Source: Phoronis australis
Lineage: Eukaryota; Animalia; Phoronida
Assembly: GCA_002633005.1 (NCBI GenBank)
Contig: NMRA01000082.1
Coordinates: forward strand, 596,576 to 660,575
Length of the DNA: 64,000 bases
Direction of reading: 5' to 3'
The notes under the pieces are model-generated. The model was not told the origin of the DNA, did no database searches, and saw nothing but the letters and a program-made list of their open reading frames with translations. A program made the translations under genes and the position numbers. Of the stretch, positions 42,601 through 57,600 are shown one piece after another (the first letter of the stretch is position 1; the number at the start of each line of letters is the position of its first letter).

Positions 42601-45600
42601 GAACGGACACTACCGTCAACCCCATCCGTACGTGTGCGTCTCTTGTCACTCATAAAGTGTTTACGTCACCATCCCTATGTGTGCTTCTCTTGTCACCCAA
42701 TAAGTGTTTACGTCACCATGTATATGCGTGTATCTCTTGTCACTCAGAAAGTGTTTACGTCACTGCTTATTATGTGATTCTCTTTTGACACAAGCAGTTT
42801 CTGCGTCACCAGCGACATTTGCGCTTGAAGTAAAATGCAACGGGACGAACGCAATCAAATCAAAACATTTTCCCAAAGCGATGCTACGACTGAGTTTACA
42901 CTTAAGGAACCATGGGAAAGTATTTTCCAAACAAGATATACATTTGACAAATTATTAATAGTACAAAATTAGATGCAGAATATCACACGCCCTGACTGGT
43001 AGAACGGCCATGAACAATGAACAATGTCGTACATTCAGAGAGCAGTCCGCTTGGTGGCGCTTCGACCAAGTGAGATACTGTTCGTCGGCCAGTCGTGGCT
43101 CACGGGCGGAAGTTAAATATATACGGGTCGTTCTCATGCTAGCTGAGAAGGCGTGAACAAATTGTTTTGTATTTTGCAATTATAAACTGTTCCTGATTGC
43201 CTTTGTAACCAACTTTTAATTAACTCCAAGTTAGCAATAAAGACCGGTATTTCGCAAAATATCTGACACCAACAAAAATGAAAACTTTACGTAGTAACCC
43301 TCTACGCCATCTGACGTGGTCGAGTCTGTGCGAATAATCGAAAGTATCCCGTTGTGTCATTTTTGACCTTGGTGAAAACTTTAGTTTACAGAGTAAAATT
43401 AATCCAAGTTAATTTTAAGCGACATGCATATAGATTTTTAGCAAAGGCACGCTGTAGTTGTATGGTCTATTTTATTGGGCTTTTATTTTTATTGAAGTTC
43501 TCGCTCAGGCTATGAACAACACCTTTCGCATGGCATACACTGTAAATTCTTTCACGCTGTTAAGCTGCATATTGTATCATTGCACGACTACTGATACCCC
43601 TGTCCTGTGATTGGCTGAAACACGGCATGATAACTACTGTTATTTAATAACCTTTTTACTAAACTGGATACGGGATATTATTTTCGTTCACACCTCTAGA
43701 ACGTAAGATGTTGCTATTCGCGTTGTGAAAAAATCTAGAGCCAGCAGAAACCATGGGCGTAGGAAGAGGAGGACCAGACGGGGAGGAGACGAGAACTCCA
43801 CTCATGAAGTTGGAGTAGCGTCCCCTTCGAAATACGGTAGTAGGAATCGGGAAGGGACCGGGAGGTGCATGTGATTCAATAATATGCATGCGTAGGGCAG
43901 GGAACGGGGCAGTCGAGAAAAGAAAGACGCGTCAAGTCAAGTTGAAGAGGGACACTTATGGAGAACATCTGTCAACACAGCCGAATGCAAACTTTCCCAC
44001 GCCTGTATGTAAACCTGAACACGAAGCGAGCTGTTTATATCAGTATATCAAACCGTATATGAGCAACACAAACTTAAATGCAGAAAAACCTAAGGAAAAG
44101 TGTCAGAGACCCTGTAAAAAACCCATTATAGACCGACCCCTCGCGCGTATCGGTTCACATGGACGTATCCCTTGGTCCACAGAACCTGATGTCGCCCTCG
44201 TTCCGTTCTTGTACAGTATACATGTACTATTCATATCACTGACTATTCGAAACAAGTATGTGTTGATTACCTTGTGCAACTTGTGCTGTTGAAGAGTGTC
44301 CGGATGGATTTTGGGGAGAACATTGTAAGAATCCATGTAACTGTGAAAACGATGCGCCATGTGAAAACAGCAAAACGGGTGATTGTCCGGGAGGCAACTG
44401 CAAGAAGCGATTCAAGGGTCCCGGATGTGCTACTAGTGAGTAAAATTAATGCTGTTCTAATTTGAGGTGGTGAAGTACCATTGCTGTCTGACTTACAGAT
44501 TATCCAGTCGGCAGGTGCAAGTATTAAACTAATAAGGCGCGTCAGGGCCAACGACATAAAACTTTAGTCAAGTCTTCACTCGGAAATTGGCCATTGGATG
44601 CCATGCCGACTTGAAGCAACTTAGAATACAGTGATTTTCCCATCAGTGATTTCAGTATGAAGGTTCTCTTTGAGCCAGTGCCGTGAACATATTTAAACCT
44701 TTGACGTCAACATGTCGTCATTATATTGCTTTTTGGCGTTTTGTAATGTAACCTACTTCAGATTAAGTCTGTCATTTCCAGGTTTCACAGGCGATAACAA
44801 AGGGGACCGGAAAATGTTAGTTATGATTCAATGCCCTACACATATTTTGACCGTTGGCATGTATCAGCAGTCTTTTCATGGATTCTTTCACAACACATTG
44901 TTCAATAAAGCTCACCTTGGCTAACGAAATATAGTTTCCCCTCTCCAGCTTGTCTACAAGTTAATGCGTGCTCTTTGCAGGCCCAAATTGTCACAAGCGA
45001 AAATTGTTTTCGGAGAATTTGAGCAAACTCTGACAATTTGGTCCTGCAGTCAATGCGCAATTTGTCACAATTTTGACGTTGCTACAATTTGGGACGTTGA
45101 GACGTTGCAGAGTGCTCAGTAACGTTTGCACGTCACCTTATGACTTACAATTCACACACTTCTCAAACAATACGGAAAGACGTGTCGTTTTATTTATATC
45201 AACTTAACGCAACGCACGATGGGTTCCCATTGCAGAGATTACGTGTAAGAATCAGCTCGTATACGGACCAGACTGTGATAAGCCATGCAATTGTTTTAAC
45301 AATGCACAATGTGACGACTACACTGGTGAATGTCAGAAATGTCCTCCTGGGCATACTGGAAAAGACTGCTCTATAAGTAAGTGTGAGAAAAGACGTCGTG
45401 TGATGGTTAACATCATGTTAAAGCAGGTCAACTAGACTATGGCACTCGGGAGCGGGTGGCATGCTTGAGGAATGGTTTAATGATAGAAGAACGGGACAAG
45501 TTGACCTTCGCGCCGTGCCCTGCAAGATACGATATGTACTAGCGTTCCAAGCAGCCACACCCACGTTTGTTAAGCCACTGATTAAATGCCTTTTCAAAGA

Positions 45601-48600
45601 TGGCCTGTTTGACTCCTCATTTGAAGTGCGCAGTTCTTTTACAAATTACTTAAAATGTCAGAAGAATCATTAATAACGACCCCTATGGTTTTACCAACAC
45701 TTGAAGAGCGAGGGGTGAATTGCTTCATAGTCAGGGTGCGTAGACACTTGGTCAACAGATTGACAATGACATTTTTGAGAAGTTAAGGGCGAGCACTAGA
45801 ATTATGTGACTTTTTATTGTCAAGGGCACCGAGAGTATTCATTGCTAGGGGAGGGAGATAATGGCCCCACCGCTATTGTCCTCACAAATTGTTTCCCGCA
45901 AAAGCACTAAGCTTTGCTAAATTTTCACCGGTTTCAACTTCATTTGAATTTCCTGGTCAGCAATTGCCTGAGTACCGAAATACACGGCCAGGTAGAAGCG
46001 CGTCTTTGACCACGTGACCACAAACACACACTCAGTACCTAGAGTCACGGTGTGAATAGTAAGTGTTTTTTATTACTGCAGGCCTATATTCCCGCACATT
46101 TAACTGATACGCATGTGTTCGCAATAATGAAGAATTTTGCAAAGAGATTGTTTCTCAAGTTTGTATCATTACATGCTTATGCGCCTATGTAGCTAACAGT
46201 GAAGGGCAGATTGCCATCCCTTATAGTGTGTGACTTTTCTACATTGCTAATGCTTTCACTTGGATTATTATAAGACATTTACAAGAAAATAAACATTTCA
46301 GAAAGTGTATAAAATACTTGCAGTGATATTCTCTTTTTTGCAACAATAATGACGCGGTATTTGTCACATCGGGGATGCCTATAAATGTAAAAATGCACAG
46401 AACACAGTAATTTGATGCTTTTGCAGCATAAATTAAACGCGGCCGTGAAACGGGACTCTAAGTTCCGCAACGCATAGGAGTGTTGTTTGGTCGGCTGTGT
46501 TGCACATCTAGGGCTGGCATCTACATGAAGCAGAACGAAAGTTAGATATGCGATCTCATTACTTAGGTAAATGTTGGGGAATCTGTTACTCAAGCTATGG
46601 GTATTGAATGAACAGACACTCTCGCGATTTGCGTTCTGGCATGATAACTCTTCCAAATCTCAATCGGGGTCTACATAAGGGAAACAAAAATAGCCGATTT
46701 CATTTCCAATTATGACTTTTGCTTATTCTGATACTGATACTACTTATTGCAAATTATTGTTGAATTGCAGAAACAACATGCACGGAGACATTTGATTTCT
46801 ATCCAGGTTCGAATAAGTATCCGTTCCCAACATTTTACTGCGTTGATGGTAAGTAGGGAAGGGTTGATTAACGTTACTCATTTCACGTGCAAGATTGCAG
46901 TCCTGGTAATTAGGCAATGATACCACTTTGAAAAGGCTTTTCAGCTAAGCAGCTATTCGCTGACACAGCCTTTATGTGATATCATGACAGTTGTCTTATC
47001 TTCAGTATGCCTTCTGATTAGTTTAGTGTACATGCAGGTAACACTGAGCACTGGACCAAAGATGTTGTCTTTTTAAAAAGTATTTTGAAACTGTTATGAA
47101 TATTACAGAAACAATTCAATGGTAAAAGTACAACGCGAACTCAAATTAAGTTGTTGAATTGGTTTAATTTTAGTTTTGTTAATTCCTTTAAGCATCATTT
47201 CTCAAGTCAAAGACAAATTCGTACAACGTATGTAACGTGATACTGAAAGTCTGTGGGCGTCTCGGCCATTCAGATCACAGTTATCAAAACTGAAAAGCAA
47301 TTGAACTCCCGAAGGGGGTTTTTGGAACAGACACAGTTCGATATCTGTTCTGATTTGATCACATAATCGACGAAGGAGGTTCAAAATATATTAAATTATT
47401 TGCAAAACATGAAAAGTGAATTAAAGCCATAAAAATTACAGCATTCCTTCACAACATTACAGTTCCGTTGCTCGAGGTTTCCTTTGGTCTGGTAGGCAAA
47501 GTTAGCAACGATGTGAGCCTCAACAAGAAAATCCTCCGCGCACTTGAAGGAACTGTGAAAGTAGTCCAAACACGGATCACTTCATTGCTCGTGGTTCCAG
47601 GTATCGTGTGGCGTGGTACTTAAAGTAGCCAGAAGTATTCATTTACACCTGCTTTGTTGAAATTGATACTTCTCTTCCTAATTATGACTACACCTGTACT
47701 GCCGTATAAGTAGCATTCGTCGACTATTGCGCATGCATAGAGTGGGGACATAGGCAAAATGGGGTTATTCGAAGAATAATCCTCGCGGTGTCGCTGCTGT
47801 ACTAGAGGTGATTGAATTGCGCATGCGTTGATGTCTACCTGTAAACAGCTGGTAAAAACACGGAATTTTTATGAAAATACGTCGTCGTGCTAAGCCTTAT
47901 TATTGCTTTTTTTCCTGGTGCAAGTCTTCTACAGGTGGTCACAAATTCCCAAAAGACCTAAGTTTACTACAGGCGTGGAGAATTGTGGTCAAAATGGTCA
48001 ACCAAGTGAAAAAATGTGTGGATGCCGAAACCTCACACCCCGTGTGTGCTATGCATTTTCACTGAGAGACTAGATGTTCACGTTACTTTGTAAGTTTTTA
48101 GCAATTAGTTTCTATCGACATCGTTCAGTGATGTTATCACCACCAGTTACCCAACACAATAACGGGTTTATTCATTGTAACTAAGTGTTTCTTTTCAGAA
48201 ACTCATCTTTGACCTGGCTGGCAGGCTAGTAGCACATATTAACATGATTGTCCTGGGGGAAATTTCTCCAAATATAAGAGGTGTATGGGATGTGCCACTC
48301 AGAAGTCGAGGGTGACTTTTTCACAGCAATTACTCTTCAAAACTATGCTATGTCTAATCAAATTCTTGAGATGAGTGAGTTTACTTACTTTATGGTGGAT
48401 CCCACCCCCAGGAATACCATATTAGTTACTGAATTAACACGAATAAGCTATTCAGGAAATTTGTAATATTGCATTGGAATAAATATTGACACCTGGAATT
48501 AATTTTGTTTGTTGAGATCAGAAACACATTTTAGGTGTCATGAAAAATACACATTCTTAAATTACTTTTAACTTGTTTCACATATTTTTAAACAATTGTT

Positions 48601-51600
48601 GGGTACAGAGATTAATAGTTTCTACATATAAACATGGAAATGAAATGCTGAGTATGTTCTGCCGTACAAATGTAGTTTTGTGTTGTGTTTCTTTTACAAT
48701 TTGCTAACATTTCTCTGACTATTCTGTTACAGGTGAGAGAAAACGACTGAAAGCAGCCGCTGTCCGTCCACTTTACCTTTCGATAAAGTGAAAAGCAGTC
48801 CTTCAGCGATAACCTGAGGGAATTGAACCTTTCAATTCAGAAAGTCAGTCCTTGATATACCTGATTATGGACTCTGTTGCATTAGGAAAATAACAATTAT
48901 TTTAACAATGTTGTTTCTTTGTATGTATGTAGTTGTTCTGTTTCCCATTTTGTTTTTAAATACACTGATTATTGTTTATTATCGAACCTTGTACATAGCA
49001 CATTCTTATCCATGTAGCTACGATTGAAAACTGTCGTTCAGTAACTTTTCCAGACGTGAGGGTGCTGAACGTGCTATAATATCCGGCATAACATAACTTT
49101 CATTTTTATCAGCCCACCCCAGTCAGGCTAGATACGATCTGATCGGAGATTAGAGTAATTATCAAACAAAAAAGGGCAGGCCCTCCAACCATCAACGCCA
49201 GAATGGAGTTAATTGGCTCCGGGGGGTAAACTTCCCAACTTGTTGTTGGGCTATACAATTGAACAAGTTGGGAGCAACGGGGTGTCGCCGTCATGAATAC
49301 GAGAATAGATGCAGTCACTGAATATCGTTTCCGCACAATATGTACCAAATTGAAACGATTATTGGGGACAAATAAANCCCGTTGATAACCTTTATACCTC
49401 GCCGCCGGGTCTCATCCCCAAAGCAGACGGCGATTTGTCACACGATATCCCACTTATACCCAGGGAAGTGGTGAAATGGCGAGGAATTGGTTTGGGTTTG
49501 AGGGATCATTAAAATCGAAAGAAATCGGCCGTTAGAAAAGCCATCTGTGGCTACAAATAATAAATAAGGGAAGTATCGTTTGTCCAGGACAATTAACGAC
49601 GAACGGGAAGGAGTCTACTAGTTATAAACTTGTCTAATTAGGAAAACTTACGAGTGAATGTACTGTTGCTTGAGGCTGGGCCAACAGGAAGCAGGAGAGA
49701 AAGAACAAACAGCGCAACCATCGGACTTGGTAGGAACTAACCAGCAGTTGGATATGAAGCATGAAGGGCTCTATAATGGTATTTGCCCAAATAATAGGAT
49801 TTATGTCAGAGTGCCATAAATCTCATTATACCATGAGTATAATGCCTTTCTTCTGGAAGGAAAAGTTAATGTCTTTCAACCACACTTTTGGTCTTAGGCT
49901 GAGGGAACCGTTTCTAAGATTTTTTGTTGTTCTTCAAATAGAAGATATGAAGACTTGAGTCATTTAAAAATGGGTAGTATTTCTGTTGTTTAAGAGTAAT
50001 TAAAACCCTAAGGCACCATTGCTTGCGTATTAGCAGTAAGACTAATATGACCTCACTCGTATGTTCATAGTAAAACGTAATTTTCACAAAAATGGCAATC
50101 ATATGAATTTATAAACGACTTGCAATATTTCAGGGCATGAGGTAAGACTGTTGAGTCATAAAGAATTCAGAAAAATTTCATGGGCCTACAATGAGTTGTA
50201 AAACAGGTTTATGAAACGTGAAAAAACTTCATGAAGGTTAAGAATTACCTCACCATGCTCTTTCCCAAGGACACCATTACATGTAGGCCTACCTGTTATT
50301 TCCACACACTCGGTTACACCAAATTTTACAACCCAACCCTCAAGCCAACCTCCCGCTAAGGACCAGAATAAGTAAATTGACCAAACAACTTACATACCTT
50401 TCTTTAAAAATATCCGTCTCCTTTATAAAGGCTTTGTTCTTTGCCTCGGATACAGAAAGTAGGCTTTGACAACAGATCTGCACTGGATAGGACGAACTTG
50501 CTGGTTATCTGCAGCCAACTGCTTAAAATCAATCTTTGTCCATCCAGGGACGGTTGCACAAGCGACACACATCTCCTCAGCACGGTACTATCCCTCAAAC
50601 CTAAAAACCAAAGGTCAGGTGAAAACAGGCATGATATATTTCCACGTAAACGTTTAGTAGATTTCCGAACCACATAGGATAGAGAGTAAACGAATAGTCC
50701 ATCGGATATTTTTGTCACGTACCCTTTGGGCTTGGATAGTATTCTTACCTCACTAACCAATATCGAGTTGACAGCATAAGCATTCAGCATTGGTGGATAT
50801 AACTGTCACTGATAAACGTGTTAGAAATCATTCCAAACTTTAATAATACTGCTTTGATGTACAAAAAGATCCTGAGCGTGTCAACTATTAACACACATTA
50901 CAACAAACAATGATTAGCCCAATTGGGGACTGCCGCGAAGTCGGCATGGGCCATTACATGTACTTGTATCTTAGTTAACAGGCATCAGCATTGTAAACAT
51001 GGGATAATCGTCAAAATAATCATAAACCTCACCTTTCTATAAAATCATACTTACTTCCTCTCAAAAAAGCACCCTTTTCACGCAATCTCAGATTTAGTTA
51101 GCCCGGCTGAAAGCCATTTCACCATGTATTAAAGGGCTTGCGAAATGGAGGCTGCTTAATCTATCACCACTAGTACACGCGCGTCCCCTAGTAATGTAAA
51201 AATTGTCTAATAGCCAACATTCTGCTTTCGTGATTGGTGACGTATGTAGGCAATTCGTATCGGGTATGGTCCTAAAATCTGTTTCGTTCTTATATTCTAC
51301 TAAGCATTACTTTTATGTTGTCGTTATCGCGCTCCAAAACTGGCGAGTCCCAACGTATTCGAAAATGAAATAGCAGCTCTTGATTGTAGAGGGAGACGGA
51401 CAGCGGGTACAGCTGTACATAAGACCGCCCGCAACAAGTTCGGAAAGGCTGAGTTCCGAAGTGATCGCCTCGCTCGATGACCTGGTTAGACGAGGAAAAA
51501 CTGTGGTTGAGCATCCCCCGGGGAAACAAATTAATGCCAAACCTGGACGCCTACATATAAAGCCGGTGCTCGAGGAGCCGGACGAAGGTTGGAAACTTGT

Positions 51601-54600
51601 GTGCATGTTCAGTGTATAGCGGCTGCTCTGGATTTTATGTACAGAATGTAATGAGGGAACAAAAGAACACTTCTCGTGATTAGCAAAGTCTAGTCCTGAA
51701 AACCACTGTACAGCACTTGGCAAAGATTAACATGTGAATAAAGGAAAACCCAGAACGCACACTAGTATATACATAAATTAACATCTTTGGAAATCAACAG
51801 TCCTATCGCACTGTGCCCCGAATGACCAACGGCTGAAAAATTACATCCTGGAAACAGTTTTGCAACTGTCTGTTACATCTGGCATATCAAGCGTTACAAT
51901 GACTAATCATGCAATACTTGGTCAAACTTTGTAGAAACGTGAGATTCATTATACAGTACTTACACAAGCGCCAGGTGTGACGACCACGTGATTACACTGT
52001 AGACTAATCTCTGAATTAACTATTCCCTGGCTTTTGGTTGGGTCTGGTGGTGTAACACAATTTAATGTTTCCTCCAGTTATCATTGTAGGCAGTGGCTTT
52101 GGAAGTAGCCGTTTGATACGCAGTTTTAATAACAAATGATGACCTAATTTTGTTTAAGTATAAGTATAGTATGATGCAGTTCAGGAAATTTAGGTTTGCT
52201 TTGTTTGGAAGAGTTAGGTGTATCGGTGTAACACTACTTCAATAGAAACGAAAATGAATACAAAGTGTATCTATTTTACGTTGCAGTGGAAATGGTGAGA
52301 ATACTGGCTGAAATTGATAAGAGGATCGTTGCAGAGGAGACACTTACATCTGCGGTGGACCAGTTCTTTCGTCAAATCGATCCAACATTTAGCAAAGACA
52401 AGACAAGATATAAGAAGCCGTTTGTTTCACCAAGTAAGTGAATGCATGTAGATATTAAACTCATCCGCGAAAGATCGAAGTTTGCATTCCAGTTCCACAG
52501 GAATGTTGATATCAAAACATTTTTCTCTTACTCAACAGAGGGTAAGCTAGTCGTTGAGCTGTACAAGCCAATAGCAAGTGCCACGACATTCAGCAGCGTC
52601 GTTATAAAGCGACTTCAGGGTAAATTCCGTAAAGACACAGGAGTCGAGGGTGCGGACGGAAACATGGCATTTACTATCAAAGGTGGAACCGTAACTTACG
52701 ATCTGGGGCCAAAGACGATCCCTCCTGGGGTTGATAAAAGTAAGTTTGTTTTCGGGTTCAGACAGATTAGCCACATTGACACTGTTCTAAAACTTGTAAA
52801 CTAGAAACCGGCTTAACCAATGTTATATTTGTGACATATCAAAATGTGAATGTAATTCTGAATAAATTTACGGAGGCAACATAACGGTATAGTAAACGAG
52901 TTGAACGTGCTGGCCTTACGTGGTCAGTAGGTAGTTGTGAAACCTTCGGCTTCCAACTGGTTAAGAAGTTAACGTCATGCTTCTATACTATTTAAAGTAG
53001 CATTGAATTGTATTCATGGGTATAAATTATACACTTATCAGCCATATCCAAACTGAAGGTCTGTGAAAGAACCATAGTGGTGGAGATGATGTAGGGTAAA
53101 AATCTGTAGTGCACTATACGACCATGTCAGACCTTTGCGTAATGTCTGAGGCACTATTTGCTAGTTTAGTGAAACTGTTTCTGTAGGGTTAAGTTAAGTC
53201 TAAAATGTCTTAGCCTCGTTTACTGAAATGTGGCACGACCAAAATTATACCTATAGTTATCCTGTTACGAAGTAGGCTTATCAAAATGTACTGCTATTAC
53301 TGTAAACTTTTGAAGATATTTTTGGGTAAATGTTTGCAATCTGTTGTCAAGTTGAAGACCGTCTGTACCGAGGCAATGCAATCGGACGTTCCTGAACATT
53401 GGAAGTGATACTGTACTTTCCAGTCATATCCGGGTAGAGTTCAGTAAAGTTAAGCTCGCAAAAAGCAAAACTTCATGAGATTACGAGAGAAGTTGCCGTG
53501 TACTTTTAACAGGAGAACATGAGCTTATTTAGATTTATGTCGCCACAAAACAGCAACTGCACTATACCCTGGTATCCTCAAGTAAACTAGACTACAAATC
53601 TTGCAAATACTTCCACGCGTATCGTTGAAACCGGATTCGCACACGTCACCTAGTTTATTTTCAATGGGTCGCAAAAGAATAGTTAGCATGCATAGAAATG
53701 TTGTGGCATGCGAGTGTGTAAAATGTGCTGTAAACTAGCCTGGGCTAAGAATTGTAATATATAGATACATATAAGTGCCATGTTATGGCAAGTATTCCAG
53801 TACGCCGGAGTAGGAATGTACGAACCAGTTTGTTATCATATACACTGTACATAAAACTGCAATTGGGACATCTTGTGATTCGACTTCCATTGGTCATATC
53901 GAAATATGCCTCATTGGTCGAAAGTATCGTAAAGTTGTAGTACATTACACTCCCCTTGGATGTTGATGTTATCGTGCTCTAGATCGTTAGCACTCTGTAT
54001 CTTCTAAACCTCTCACATGGTCTTGATGAGATTTGACAGGTCCTTTCCTATAAAGCTGACGACAGACTACGACGAGTTTTGAATTTCTCCGATTACCGGT
54101 GTGCCCCCTAGTGGAAATTTTAGTTTTTTCAGCTTACCTCTTGATCTTCGGATGTCCTCAACGGATTTTCATTAAATTTGGCTGTTTGGCCTCTATTAGT
54201 GAGGTGAAGCCATCCTCTCGTTTTCGGATGGATTCGAGGTACTTTGCACCATCTAGTGGCCATTTTTGCTGTTTTCGAGTCTGTTTTCTGGCATCCGCCG
54301 TTCTATCAACCAAACCGTTCTGGGAATGATTTTGAAAGTTGGCGTTGAGAAGATGACTGACGATGCTTTTCCAATGATGTCGACAAATGTGGCGCCTCCT
54401 AGTGGTAGTTTTGTTTGTTTTTGCGCCAATGGCTGTATCACTAAACGCTCTACATTATCTTCATTGAATTTTGCTGGTGCATTTATATGAAGTTGACAAC
54501 AGCGGATGACAACTTTTGGACGGATCGGGCTGCCGGTGTGCTCCCTAGTGCCAATTTTAGTTTTTTACGCTTATAGCCTCTTAGTGGCAATTTCATTTTT

Positions 54601-57600
54601 TTCATTTTCCTCTGTTTTCTCAGAAGTTCCTTAACGGATTTTTATGAGATTTGGTTAATAACTTTGACGATACATACAAGTATTCCGATGGATTCGATAT
54701 ACTTTGTGCCATCTAGTTGCAATTTTTATATTCCACGTAAAAACCCCTAGAAGCACAACGTTAGCGATGCATTCGTGCGCGCATTTCAACGCTCTTCGTG
54801 GCTCTTGTTATATTTGATTTTTTTTTAAGTTTTAAGTAGCAAATGTGAATAGCAGAAGTGATCACTAAAGATTTTAATTTTGAAAACCGTATAAGAAATG
54901 TGATTTTTACAGCTTAAATCTTTTGTAAAATTTTGTCATATTATGAATCACATTAATTCTATTTTTTAAACAACATAATTGTCCCAATTATGTAACCACC
55001 ACTCAGCGGTTGGATTTTGGGACAGGTCAAGTGTCACCGTACACGTTTTGGCATGTGGTGTTCTCGTATTTTTCCATACATGGTGATATGTTGCGAAGAC
55101 TTCTGTGGTCGTACGTTTTCTCTATTGTTAGCGTCTACGGAACACAGTTTTTGGGTCGCTATATGAAACTGTTTTGTATGACAGTATCTTACACTGAAAT
55201 CCGTCTAAGCTACGACTGAAAGTTAGCCAGCTACGGCTGGGACCGAGGTTGGCGTTTTGGTACCAAAGTGTACATGTACGACAAGGTTTACCGTGAACTG
55301 ATGGGGAACACATTTCGTTCATGTTTTTGTCCGTAAACAATATTACATTGAAACTCGTTTGATATCAAATCCAGAACCTACAGATAACGAAGCGACAAGG
55401 CATTGAGACTTACTGGTACACATGAAATCGTATTTTTCAGCTAAGTTCCTCGGAAGCTAAGACTTATGAGTTGTGCGCATAATGCAACTAAACCTCCGAA
55501 AGAGACTTTCATGACCAAGATAATTTTGAAGTCGTATTTCATACTCCGCCTCGTTTAGTTTAGTTTGCGCATTTGTACTACAGGACGAAAACATAGTTTG
55601 TAATATCCCTTTTGTAAAAACCTCTTAATTTATGTTTAAGTTAAGACTGAAGACCAAAATCCAACTGTGTGTTCATGAGACGGTCTTTTCTGAAATTTTG
55701 TCTTCGATCTTAACATAGCCCTAATTTCGGTCTTACCTTAGGCAATTTGTTTTCACGAACCAGGCCCCGGATGTGAGCACGTTAGGTGCAAGTGTAAAAG
55801 TTGGTTCATTAGCTATTAAGTGATATGATTTGAATTTACTAATCCAATGTTTACCATTTTCTCCATTTATCTGTTCTTTTTGCAGCGCCTAAAGTCACAG
55901 TGTCGTTCTACATTAAGTGTAAAATACCGCTTTCCACTCAGTCTCAAGTTTATAAGTATATCGCCAAAACCGTGCGGGACAAACTCGGCGTGTCCGAAGA
56001 AAGAATTATTGAGATGAAGTCTACTGCACAAGGAGAGCGTATGTCGGTTTCTAAACACAACTTCGTGTTTCTAAAGATAACATTCGATCTAGTTCACTCT
56101 GTTCCGTTAAAGTACAGTCCGTCTATATCATGACATTTCTATCTGAACAATCGTAATTAATAACCCGCAACAATGACATGAGTTTACAGGAGTAAAAAAC
56201 ATTTAAATATTTGTAGTTTCCTTGGTCACGTTTGTCCTCCTAAAGCCGACGAAATTATCTCCCAAGAAAACAAGTGACGCCCTTCGTGAATGGAATTCAC
56301 ATGTCTACAAGGGAATTGTTAAGGTAGTTGATGATGACGGAAATGTCGTCTGCACTATTCTCAAGCAAGAGGTAATCGTTGATCCGACCACGACCACCGT
56401 TCCCGCTATTATAGATAAACGTGAGTAGAGCCTGACACTGGAAATAAAAGATACCGCCCAAAATTGGTAACTGCATTTAATCTCATGTTTTGTTAAGTCT
56501 AAAAGTGAGAACAGGCAGAGATATGAGACATAGCCAGTTACTGCTCACTTGCCTGTTTTTCTCACACTTCCGCTTGGTGCGCCATTATTTCAGACTAAAA
56601 CCTCAGTCCAACGTCGGGCGCGGGTAACAACGTTATTCTGGAAGTGTCTTAAACGTCAATGACGTAACAAAACTGATTGAGACGTATGTTCTTTATATGC
56701 TACAAACAGTCATCTAATGTTCACCTACTACCAGTATCAATCTTGTTGAAAAATAGGGTCACTGCCGCATGTTGCTAAAACTAATGACATTTACAACCGA
56801 GTTGGTTTATCTCGGGTATGAAGAATTGCGCACAGATGATGCTAGTATCAAATGCTTTTGGCACTCCGCAGAACACAAATTGTGCATTGGACTATCTTGC
56901 CCATACTTTGATAGCCTTAGCGGGTTCACGTACATTGTATACGTTGTATGTACTCAGTCTGCTTATATTTGCGACGGAATTCAAATGGGATGACATTATG
57001 CTGCTTATGACAGGTTTCAACATTTCCTAAAATATCTGAGAGTTGAAGTGACTGCTTTCCCTCACACCTACATGTATTTACTCGTCCTAACTTGTCGTAA
57101 AATCAAATGATAAACCGCTCTAGAAAGCGCATATATAACTTTATTAATTATTTACAGTGAGTGGCACGGGATTTGTTGGGATACATGTGTTATACGCACA
57201 GATTGGGCTTGCCCATTGAGTGCTTACTTTGAACGATTCAAATCACTTCATTTTGCTGCGAAGTGGATGGTGGTGAAAATGAGGTGACGTTGCTTCATTT
57301 GGCATCGATACAAATTTTTGTTACTAATTATGGTGGACACCTTGCAGAATCAGGCACGGATGGGTTAAAGTCATTGTCTACCTGTGTTGCCAAAGATTTG
57401 ATTTGTGTAATTTGTTATTATCGTTTATTAAATAGTGTACTCTGAATAATGGCATTAGCGAGATGGAGACGCTCACTGAGCTATGCTTTTGTTTCCACAC
57501 GGTCCTATCATCTTGGGCAACGTGGACGTAAAGCGCATGCTCGTTAATGGTTGTCCCTGAAGGATCGTCTCTGAAGGGTTTTCTGAAACAAGCAGTTGTG

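Noticed and set aside
42631-42810. CRISPR-like repeat-spacer array
   Set aside because: Eukaryotic intron; units are degenerate tandem copies without unique spacers or cas genes.
44976-45048. Short inverted repeat (tgcaggcccaaattgtca/tgacaatttggtcctgca)
   Set aside because: Probably a MITE remnant; no further support for function.
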